Shown: piece after piece, positions 16,276-25,100 of the stretch | How positions within the stretch are numbered: the stretch's first letter is position 1 | Layout of the letters: each line of letters opens with the position of its first letter | IMG/VR virus record: IMGVR_UViG_3300044630_006441 | Span: 64,001 to 128,000 of that record | DNA length: 64,000 bases | Strand: one strand, 5' to 3' | Source of the DNA: a virus | Notes under the pieces: generated by a model | The model's database searches: none | What the model was told of the DNA's origin: nothing | Seen by the model: only the letters and a program-made list of their open reading frames with translations | Made by a program: the position numbers and the translations under genes

Positions 16276-16601
16276 AGGAGTTGCACATCAAAGTGCATTT
16301 CATGCTGGATGGTGACGACATCCGCTGCACCATGGATGTCCCCGAGCCGGAGACGACATCAGAAGCTGTCGACAACGCGGAAAAGCTGGGCACGCTACTC
16401 GCCCTGATCCAGACCGGAAAGATTATTACGGTCGTGAACTTCGCCCTGGCCCGCTGCGGACTGGTCAATGACCGGGTTGCCGAGTTTGAGTACGCCATGA
16501 AGGCCATGCACGTCGGCATGTCGCTTGGCCTACCCGACGACAGCAAGAGTGTCCCGGTCGTCAGCCCCACCGAAGCGTTTCTCTTCAAGAAGGAAGTCTG
16601 A
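16188..16601 (+). CDS. hypothetical protein
   Basis: GAGGAGG RBS. Confidence 0.65.
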   Translation: MENVDKPGKARRSRSAAPKKHAAGSPKDLKELHIKVHFMLDGDDIRCTMDVPEPETTSEAVDNAEKLGTLLALIQTGKIITVVNFALARCGLVNDRVAEFEYAMKAMHVGMSLGLPDDSKSVPVVSPTEAFLFKKEV

Positions 16602-16602
16602 C

Positions 16603-17397
16603 ATGTCAGCAAGGATTATCGCCGATTCCATCAACCCGGCGGGCAACCGGATCACCACGCTGGTGGTTCGTTTCCCGAGGTTCATCCTGGCCGAATGGAA
16701 TACCCATCGGCAATTCTCCAGGAATGCGGCTTCGAGCAGGGCGATCCCGACCACCAAGATCATCGATCAAGTCCAGAACGACCCGGCGATGCCGGTCCAT
16801 TGGGGCAAGAACCAGCCTGGCATGAAGGCCCGTTCCGAGCTTTCCCCCTCCGATCAGCCGGTTGCCGAAGCCATCTGGTTGCAGGCTCGAGATCAGGCAG
16901 TCTTCAAGGTTCAGGAGATGCTTTCCCTTGGCGTCCACAAGCAGATTGTCAACAGGATGCTGGAACCGTGGATGAAGGTCAGCGTGCTGGTCACCGCCAC
17001 CGAGTGGGATAACTTCTTCAAGCTGCGCTGCCACCCGGACGCCCAGCCTGAGATGCAACATCTTGCCATGGAGATCAAGGAGGCTTTCCAAAACAGCACT
17101 CCGGTGGTGCTGAATCCGGGGGAGTGGCATACGCCCTTCGGGGATCGCTGCGAGGGCCTGACCAACGAAGAGCGGCTCAAGGTTGCCACCGCCCGCGCCG
17201 CCCGTCTTTCCTACGAGACCTTCGATGGGCAGATCGATGTCCAGAAGGATTTCGCCCTCCACGACGATCTAGCCAAGTCGGGACACTGGTCACCCTTTGA
17301 GCACTCAGCCGTCGCCCTGATGGGGGATGTGTGCGTCGGTAATTTCCGTGGCTGGAAACAGTATCGAAAGTTCTTCGCTGGAGAAGACGGCAAATGA
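16603..17397 (+). CDS. thyX: FAD-dependent thymidylate synthase ThyX (phage type)
   Basis: RFILAEWNTHRQFSRNAASSRAIP, HKQIVNRMLEPW, NFFKLRCHPDAQPEM, H.SPFEH. Confidence 0.92.
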   Translation: MSARIIADSINPAGNRITTLVVRFPRFILAEWNTHRQFSRNAASSRAIPTTKIIDQVQNDPAMPVHWGKNQPGMKARSELSPSDQPVAEAIWLQARDQAVFKVQEMLSLGVHKQIVNRMLEPWMKVSVLVTATEWDNFFKLRCHPDAQPEMQHLAMEIKEAFQNSTPVVLNPGEWHTPFGDRCEGLTNEERLKVATARAARLSYETFDGQIDVQKDFALHDDLAKSGHWSPFEHSAVALMGDVCVGNFRGWKQYRKFFAGEDGK

Positions 17398-18014
17398 AGA
17401 AGAAAATCCAATGGCTGAAATGGGTTGACCCATTGCGCTGGCAGGACACGAAAGACCCGGAGCTTTCCGGCGAGCAGTCCACAACGGATTCTTTTTCCGA
17501 AGATGACGACCAGGAGTCGGCCCGTCATGTCCGCATGATATCCGGGCCATATGGCCTTGTTCCCGTTGGCGAGCACGGCTTGTCCAGCAAGCTGTACAAA
17601 CTCTGGGTTGCCCACACCAATTTTGACATCACCGAGTCCGTGGTCGAGACGGTCGAGGAAATACCCGGCGTTGAGATCCTCAGGGTCTGGACGCGGTACC
17701 GCATGTGGATTGGCATCGCCAACCTGTTTGATACGACCGAGGTGCAAAAGGCGATTGACTATGCCCTGTGCGGGGAACCGGAACCTCCCCCTCCCCGCTC
17801 GATCAGCAAGAAACAGGATGCTGCCGTCAACATCCTCATCAAAAGACTCCAGAAGGAACACGAGAATGAAGCTTGGGCTGTTTGTCGACTACCAGATGGG
17901 ACTCTTTGGGCTGGTACTGGAGCCGACTCCGAGACAGTCATCAAGACCATTACAGATGAAGGACTCGCCGACAACATCATCGCGTCCAGCTGGGAGAAAA
18001 GTGGTCGTGCGTGA
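17394..18014 (+). CDS. conserved phage hypothetical protein
   Basis: KKIQWLKW; W.AHTNFDIT......EEIPGVEIL....RYR..IGI..LF. Confidence 0.75.
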   Translation: MKKKIQWLKWVDPLRWQDTKDPELSGEQSTTDSFSEDDDQESARHVRMISGPYGLVPVGEHGLSSKLYKLWVAHTNFDITESVVETVEEIPGVEILRVWTRYRMWIGIANLFDTTEVQKAIDYALCGEPEPPPPRSISKKQDAAVNILIKRLQKEHENEAWAVCRLPDGTLWAGTGADSETVIKTITDEGLADNIIASSWEKSGRA

Positions 18015-18522
18015 AGTCACCGATCAACAGATTAGGGACGCCCTGAATGTTGAGGACAACCGCAACATCATGCGGAAGGTGACCTCCAAGTATGCGGCCC
18101 TGATCAATGCCGACGACCTGTACACTTGCAGCCTGTACGCCCTCTGGCGGACCCTGCAATGCCACGATCCCAGCTACAACCAGAAGTTCACGACCAGCCT
18201 GTTCCGCTTCTGCGAGTGGGAATGCCAGCGTGAGCTTCGGAAAAAGCGCACCAAGGTGCTGTCCATGACCGTCCCACTTGAGCAGGCATCCCAGTCCGAG
18301 ATTGGCGAGGAGACCCTTCCATCTGTCGACGACGAGTGGATACGGGAGGCCATCAATCAACTGGACGAGGAGGATCGTGAGATTGTCCAGTTCTATTTCA
18401 TTGAAAACCACAGCCTCCGAGAAGTCTCAGCCAAGTTTGGCCTGTCGAAACAGGCTGCCCGCAAACGCAAGGCTGAGGCGATGCAAAAATTGAAAGAACG
18501 ACTCGAGTCCTGTTCTGGTTAG
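18007..18522 (+). CDS. RNA polymerase sigma-70 family factor
   Basis: ALWRTLQCHDP....KFTTSL; AINQL.EEDREIV......SLREVSAKFGLSKQ; start approximate. Confidence 0.85.
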   Translation: MREVTDQQIRDALNVEDNRNIMRKVTSKYAALINADDLYTCSLYALWRTLQCHDPSYNQKFTTSLFRFCEWECQRELRKKRTKVLSMTVPLEQASQSEIGEETLPSVDDEWIREAINQLDEEDREIVQFYFIENHSLREVSAKFGLSKQAARKRKAEAMQKLKERLESCSG

Positions 18523-18562
18523 TATCAGTAGCCCAACGGTATGTCTTAAGCAGGAGAGCGAT

Positions 18563-18820
18563 ATGGCCACCAATGTAGAGCAAGTCAAGCGTTATGTCGA
18601 AATCGTCGTGAGCGCAGCCGCCTGGATTCAGAAGATGATCCCCGGCCAGGCTGACGACAAGGCCATCGAGGCTTTGGCCAAGCTGGCCAGCCAGCCTTGG
18701 TTTGCCGAATTCGCCACCTACATCCTGAACCTTTTCGAGGACGGCAAAGAGCCTTCCTTGGCCGAGCTGAACCTCGCCCTGACCCAATTCGTCCCCACCA
18801 AGATTGGCCCCGTTAACTGA
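18563..18820 (+). CDS. hypothetical protein (holin-like amphipathic)
   Basis: AGGAG RBS; IPGQADDKAI motif resembling small phage holin-like proteins. Confidence 0.6.
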   Translation: MATNVEQVKRYVEIVVSAAAWIQKMIPGQADDKAIEALAKLASQPWFAEFATYILNLFEDGKEPSLAELNLALTQFVPTKIGPVN

Positions 18821-18828
18821 GGTGCTTT

Positions 18829-19647
18829 GTGCGTAAGGCTTTTTTTGCCCTGTCCTTTGTCCTGTCCTTTGCGCTGGGTGCTTCGGCGCAGGATAAGTAT
18901 CCGCTGCCCAAACAGTCGATTGTCGGGGCGGAAAAGCCTATCCCCCTCGGTGAACTGGTTGACCTGGGCCTGTCACCCATCGAGAACAAGCCAGCCAATC
19001 TTGTTGCCTCCGCCGTCGACTGGAAAGTGTTTGAGGGCAATGTCCCCAAGCGCGTCCGTCCGACTGGGGATGGGATCTTCTTTGGCGCAGGCGTTCAGCC
19101 TAAAAAATTACTTGTCATTGCCTCCGTCAGTTACCTATATGTGACTAAGGAAGGCGACAAGATCACAGATGCTCAGACTAGGATTCAGGTCCTAACCACT
19201 GAGTTGCAGATTGGCCAGTCCGAACCGATCCCGGGTCCAACTCCCACACCCACCCCAGGCCCGGGACCCGCTCCGACCCCCACCCCCACCCCAACGCTGC
19301 CGGACGGGCGGTTCGGGCTGGCCAAGACCTCCTTCCTGCTGGCGACCTCCAAGGTGGCTGCTCCCAGAGAAAAAGCCGCCCTCGCCATCTCCGAGGCTTT
19401 TGAGTCCATCGCCTCTTCGGTCGCAGCCGGAGCCTACAAGACCGGCGACGCCATCCTGAAAGCAACCAAAGACGCCAACAACTCCGCTCTGGCTTCAGCG
19501 AACCTCAGCCCGGAACCCTGGGAAGAGTTCGGCACCGAGCTTCAGAAGGTCCTGTACGAGATGTACAAGACCAAGAAGATCACGACTGCTGAAGACTACG
19601 CGGACGCATGGCGGGAAATCGCAACCGGTCTGAAGGCGGTGAAATAA
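18829..19647 (+). CDS. secreted protein with Pro/Thr linker
   Basis: Signal peptide MRKAFFALSFVLSFALGASA; PTPTP linker; C-terminal A.AWREIA.GL. Confidence 0.8.
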   Translation: MRKAFFALSFVLSFALGASAQDKYPLPKQSIVGAEKPIPLGELVDLGLSPIENKPANLVASAVDWKVFEGNVPKRVRPTGDGIFFGAGVQPKKLLVIASVSYLYVTKEGDKITDAQTRIQVLTTELQIGQSEPIPGPTPTPTPGPGPAPTPTPTPTLPDGRFGLAKTSFLLATSKVAAPREKAALAISEAFESIASSVAAGAYKTGDAILKATKDANNSALASANLSPEPWEEFGTELQKVLYEMYKTKKITTAEDYADAWREIATGLKAVK

Positions 19648-19648
19648 C

Positions 19649-20584
19649 ATGAATACTGAGATTATCGACGCTTACCGTAGCGGTAAAGAATCTGGCTGGC
19701 CAGGCGCTGAACAAGCTGCCGTCGGCTACCAGATGGTGAAGGATGACTACAACTTCGTCGATTTCCAGATCGTCGGAGCGGTTGGCGCCCCGCCCAAGTT
19801 CTCCGAGAATTACCGGGTGGCCCGCAAGGTTCTTGGCCGGGATATCGGCGGGAAACTGAGCGTGCAACTCATCGGAGACTGCGTGTCCTGGGGGATGAAG
19901 CACGCCATTGAGTATCTCTCCTGCGTGGACATCCTCATGCGGAAAGACGCTGAGGAGTTCCATCCTGTATTTGCCCCGTACATCTACGGCATTAGCCGCG
20001 TGCAAATCGGTGGCGGCAGGATCGGCGGGGATGGCAGCATCGGCTCGTGGGCAGCTGCCGGTGTGATGAAGTACGGCACCATCTTCGCCAACAAGGATGA
20101 GTGTCCCCCCTACGGCAAAGACATTGCGCGCAGGTGGGGCAGCAAGGGGCCGGACGCCAAGTTCATCGAGGTGGGCAAGAAATATCTTGTCCAGTCCGCC
20201 GCCAAGGTGAAAAGCTGGGACGAGTTGATTGCGGGTCTGGCCAACGGCTATTCCTGCACGGTCGCCAGCGACCAGGGCTTCGACATGACGCCCGGGGCGG
20301 ACGGCTACCACGACCCCAGCGGCTCCTGGGCGCACCAGATGTGCATCTATGACTACTGCCTGCTGGATCAGGAGCATGTCTACATTGCCAATTCGTGGGG
20401 CGATTCCCACGGCGTGGTCAAGAATCCGGGCACGGGCGAGGAAATGCCGCGTGGCACGCTGAAGGTCAAGCGCAAGATCATCGAGCGCATGATCGGGCAG
20501 GGGGACACCTTCCTGGTGTCTCAGTTCAACGGCTTCCCCGCCCAGGACATCCCCGCAGCCCTGTTCGATCTGGTAGGCAAATGA
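19649..20584 (+). CDS. papain-like (C1-type) cysteine peptidase
   Basis: Q..GDCVSWG (catalytic Cys), WAHQM (His), IANSWG (Asn). Confidence 0.88.
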   Translation: MNTEIIDAYRSGKESGWPGAEQAAVGYQMVKDDYNFVDFQIVGAVGAPPKFSENYRVARKVLGRDIGGKLSVQLIGDCVSWGMKHAIEYLSCVDILMRKDAEEFHPVFAPYIYGISRVQIGGGRIGGDGSIGSWAAAGVMKYGTIFANKDECPPYGKDIARRWGSKGPDAKFIEVGKKYLVQSAAKVKSWDELIAGLANGYSCTVASDQGFDMTPGADGYHDPSGSWAHQMCIYDYCLLDQEHVYIANSWGDSHGVVKNPGTGEEMPRGTLKVKRKIIERMIGQGDTFLVSQFNGFPAQDIPAALFDLVGK

Positions 20585-20808
20585 AATCCATCGCCCTGAG
20601 CATGTTTCTGGTGGGAACAGCACAGCCCGCCGAGACTTTCAATGTGATTCCTTCTGCCGACTGGATTGCCTCCTACGGTTCGGCCCTGGCCCAGGACCCC
20701 GCCAATCTTGAGCATTGGTGGTGGGACGACAGACTGAAGTGCTGGTGGCGACGCGGACCCAAGAGACCCATCGATGAGCGATTTTCAGCGAGACGAACCG
20801 GCCATTGA
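20581..20808 (+). CDS. small secreted Trp-rich protein
   Basis: Coupled start; MKSIALSMFLVG signal-like N-terminus. Confidence 0.5.
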   Translation: MKSIALSMFLVGTAQPAETFNVIPSADWIASYGSALAQDPANLEHWWWDDRLKCWWRRGPKRPIDERFSARRTGH

Positions 20809-21121
20809 ACCCGTAAAGAGCGGCCAGTACCCCGTCCTTCAGGGGTATCTGGAACAAAATCTGGTCGGTTTTGATCCGTTTACGATCCTGATGATCATTT
20901 CAATCGGGATTCAGGCCCTGCGCCTGCTGTGGGAGTGCAAAAAAGCCCGTTCCGCCCTCCAGGCGTTGGCCCGCAGTAACGGCCCAGCCACCCGGATGTA
21001 TGTCCACCATAAGGTGTATAAGCAGTTGATCCGGGCCGGATTTGAAGAAGAAAAGGCGCACGCAGCGTCGCAGGCCCTCCGACTAGCATTTGCCGAGGGG
21101 CGGTTCGACGATGGCGGATGA
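20774..21121 (+). CDS. hypothetical membrane protein
   Basis: GFDPFTILMIISIGIQAL..L.EC hydrophobic motif. Confidence 0.7.
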   Translation: MSDFQRDEPAIEPVKSGQYPVLQGYLEQNLVGFDPFTILMIISIGIQALRLLWECKKARSALQALARSNGPATRMYVHHKVYKQLIRAGFEEEKAHAASQALRLAFAEGRFDDGG

Positions 21122-22196
21122 TTTTCGACGATTTGGTGGGTCTGCATCGACCTTAAAAGTGACGGTCGATGCGACCTCCACATCAATATTCGTCGAACCA
21201 TCTATCAGTTTTCCATCAAATCCGCCCTTTGACATCGTTATCGATTCCGAAATCATTACCGTCCGCACAATAGCATATAGCTCTTTATATCAAGCAACTT
21301 GGCTGATTGTTTCTCGCGGCCAAGAATCTACTGTGGCGACCAAACACCTCAAGGGTCGTCCGGTAACTCCGGTTCTCACCAAAAAAGCCTTTCTGAATGT
21401 GGTCGACGACAAGGGATCTGCCTCTGCCCGTCCCGTTCCGGCCACCTCTATCACCGTAAAACCTGTTGAAGGCAACGGGATTTTCCTGATAGACCCCATG
21501 ACCAACGACTGGCGGCGATTCCAGGCGGAAGAAGATGTTTTGCCGCCCGTCTTAAGTGATGGGGAATACGCAGACATATATGCCTACTGGAACGAGACCG
21601 CCCAAGAAACTCGCTATTTTATGACGGTTTGGTCGAGTTCCATGCCCAGGCTGGTCACGACCCTCAGGGATGGGGTGTCCGTGAGGGCGGACACCTTCAG
21701 CATCACCCCAAGGCGCTACATCGGCACGGTTCAGCGGCAGGGAAGTCTGTACACGCCGACAGCAAACCGGGTCAATCTGGCGACAGCCAACAATCCAACG
21801 GCCCGCCACGAAGGGTTCAAGGTTGTGCGGCTTAATCCAACCGTAACCGGCGTGACCCTGCATGGTCTACAGTCGGCCCGCGACGGCAAGACGGTAGTCC
21901 TGAGCAATATCTCTTCCACGCAGGCAGTCCTGCTGAAGCACTTCTCCTCGTCGGCGTTGACCAACGAGAAGCTCATACTCCCAAGCGGTGGAGATTTGAC
22001 CATACCGCCCGGGGGTGGGGTGGTGTGTGTTTACGATGTTGTGACTAGAGCCTGGCGAATCGTCAATAACTGCTTTATCCGTCCTCCCCGAGGCAACGAC
22101 CCTGATCTGGTCATGAATGCCCTAGAAGATGGCCTGGGTAATCTGCTGGCTTATTCCGACGGTTCAGCCGATCTGATTCTTTATCAAGGAAATTAA
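21111..22196 (+). CDS. putative virion/tail-fibre protein, paralog of the N-terminus of 22199
   Basis: FP...F......E...V......L.V.RGQE.T.A..H module common in phage tail proteins. Confidence 0.7.
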   Translation: MADDFRRFGGSASTLKVTVDATSTSIFVEPSISFPSNPPFDIVIDSEIITVRTIAYSSLYQATWLIVSRGQESTVATKHLKGRPVTPVLTKKAFLNVVDDKGSASARPVPATSITVKPVEGNGIFLIDPMTNDWRRFQAEEDVLPPVLSDGEYADIYAYWNETAQETRYFMTVWSSSMPRLVTTLRDGVSVRADTFSITPRRYIGTVQRQGSLYTPTANRVNLATANNPTARHEGFKVVRLNPTVTGVTLHGLQSARDGKTVVLSNISSTQAVLLKHFSSSALTNEKLILPSGGDLTIPPGGGVVCVYDVVTRAWRIVNNCFIRPPRGNDPDLVMNALEDGLGNLLAYSDGSADLILYQGN

Positions 22197-22198
22197 AA

Positions 22199-25100
22199 AT
22201 GGCTGGGAAACTGCATCGTTTTTCTAACCAGGCTGTCACCTATCTTGCGACCCCGATCAGCTCGACAGATACCGAGATCACGGTCGCTAACATCCTGCGT
22301 TTCCCGCCCGCCCCCTTTGAGGTCACCTGCGGACAAGAGGTGATGCGGGTCACCGCCGTAGATGAAGAGACCAATACCCTGACGGTGTTGCGCGGTCAGG
22401 AAGGCACCACCGCCGTATTGCATTACGCCAGCGACCCCATCGCCCACACAGTCACCCGGGATGGGCTGCTTGATACTGCGGAGAACAATGGGGTTGCCAA
22501 CGCTGCTTTGTCTTTTTCGGCAACTGACACGGAGGCTGCTGGCTCAGGCACGGTTTATCTGGCCCCGCTCCAGGGCAACAATATTGCCCTATACGATTCA
22601 GTTGAAAGTCGCTGGCGCAAGTTCACCCTCGACCCAGCCCCTTCGGTGTCGGCGTCCGAGCCTGCCGGTAAGTGTGTGGATGTTTTTGCCTACTGGAACG
22701 GCACCGCTGTCGCCTTACAAAAAGTTGTGTGGGATCGAGAAACGGGTCGCCCATCCGGGTACGACCTTGTCCGGGTAGATGGCGTTCTTGTCAGCGAAGA
22801 TTCAACCACTTGGCGCCATGTCGGTAGCTACCAGATGCTGGCCAACTCGGCGGTGGCCCTGTCTTCGCACACCCCAGCCCTCTCCGGGGCAAGCACGAAC
22901 GAATTGATGCGGTACAACAAAACCATCATTCGTGTAGACCCACCCATCAATGGTTTTGAAATCAACGGGGTGGAAAAGATCGCCGACGGAGAAACGGTCT
23001 ATGTGCTGAATGTCAGCGGGACCGACAGCTTTTACCTAAAGCACAATTCGGGGCTGACCCCGGCCGGTTGCAAGCTGCTCGTTCTTGACCAGGAAGATTA
23101 TCCAGTCTATCCCCTGAGCGGCGTCACCCTTGTGTACGATGCCGTGGCTGCTGGCTACAGGGTGTTGGGGGCTTGCTGCACCACGACCACGACGACCACG
23201 ACTACCACAACGACGACTACGACCACTACCAGTACGACCACTACGACATCCACAACGCCCTCTCTGGGCACAACGACTACCACAACCACCGCCAATCCGA
23301 ACACGACCACGACCACCACATCGACTACTACGCCTTCTCCTGTCGTCGTCCAAAACTGTTTGCCGGAAGTGACTTATGTCCGCGCAGTAGATGCCGGTAA
23401 TGGTTCTTATCGTTTTGAGTTCAGCGGTGATAACACGAATTGGTTTGAAATCACCTCACAAACTCCAAAGTGGGTGGCCAACAAAACTTATTTGTTCCAT
23501 TTGACCAATACCTCAGCCCACCCTTGGCGTGTGTTTGACAGCCAGGGCTTTAGTCGTTTGGTTAAGGCGACTACGAATGGTGCCAGCGGCAATGTGGCCG
23601 ATGGCTTTTACGGTGGGGATGTGACTTTGACGGTCACTCTGAACGACAATGTCCCGTTCAGTTTTGACTGTGCCACTCATACCTACGAGGGTGCGAACAA
23701 CGCTTTTGTTTACAACGGCACTTGCACGGAGTGCGCCCAGCCGAATATGTATGTGCGTTTGAACATGGACCCGGCCACCTTGCCTGCGCCGCCAGCATGG
23801 CCTTCAAATGTGCCCGAGGTTCAGGTTCGTTTTAAAAATGACGGCGACTTTTATTTTGGCCCACCGGGTGGTTTTGGAAACGGTATAGCTCGCGGCAAGT
23901 TGGATTTTCCAAGCATTAGCGGTGTTATTTCGGGTTTAGTTTTAAAATTATATGGCGTTACGGCTTCTCAAGGCATTACCGATGCAGTAATTTTATTGCG
24001 TTCGCCAACAGGTAAGGATGTATTGATTGCTGGAAGACTGCCCGTTCCCGAAAATAGCGTTGGCGTTGATTATACGATCAACAACGACTTAAACAGCCCA
24101 CTTTTGTCTTTTGGAACTTCTGGTTCGTTCAGACCAAACCCAAATGGTAATCAGGATGGGAATTTTTGGAACGATTCTTCTAGTCCATATGGCACTACTT
24201 TTTCTGATCTTTTTAATGATTCGCCTACTGGCGAATGGACACTTGGATTAGTCGCCAATACGGTGGGTGGTCCATATGAAGTAAAAATTAAAAGTTGGTC
24301 TTTGGAAGTGCTTACTTCGACCAATGAATCGCATACCGTTTGGTCGATCAGCCGCCAGGACGCTGGAAAGACGGCGATTGCTGCTTTTCCGTATCAGCCA
24401 GATACCGTTGTTCAAAATGGCTTAGTGGATGGATTTACCACCTATCCCACAAGTCTAGGTGCGAACAGCGTCAGCTATTTCCGTTTCCGCTCCCAATATA
24501 CCGCCAACTATTATTTGAATGCGGGCGGCTTTAATACGGGCGGCATACGGCTGGATATTTATAGGAATTGGGATGCTTCTGGCAGTCCAGACACAACTTA
24601 CACAAATCTGTTTGATTCACAACAAAAAAGATTGTCCTGCACCTCTGGTGAGTTCATTACTTTTAAGTTCACTAATACTGTCGATTCTTCCAAGCAGATA
24701 CGCTTGAAATTGCAAACTCCTGGCGTACATTACGAGATCAGCGCCGACGAACAAAACTGGTTCATGCCTAATAGGTGGAAGTGGGGTGGGAGTAGTGCCA
24801 CCGCTGCGGCTACCTACAATCTGAATCTAAAACGACTCACCAATAGCAAATTCGCTATCCGGCTGCTTGAGGGTACGGTCACGACCAGTTTTACGGCCAT
24901 GCCTGGCGGTGGTGGCGTTGGTCAAGTTACTAGCGAATCTAACACATTTTACTATTACGATTCCACCAAATCTGAAACGCAAGAGTTGGTGTTCACAATG
25001 GGTGGTTCTAGTCCCACCACTCGACACATGGAAACCCTCACGGGTGTTCTGCATACTGAAAACGATGCCAACGACCCAGAGCGCCAAGCCATTAAATATG

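Noticed and set aside
14092-17397. DNA hypermodification pathway (GTs next to a thymidylate synthase)
   Set aside because: The enzyme is an ordinary ThyX, not a hydroxymethylase. No TET/JBP, aGPT-Pplase or dCMP hydroxymethylase is seen, and ACGT avoidance suggests restriction-sensitive DNA. Not fully excluded outside this window.
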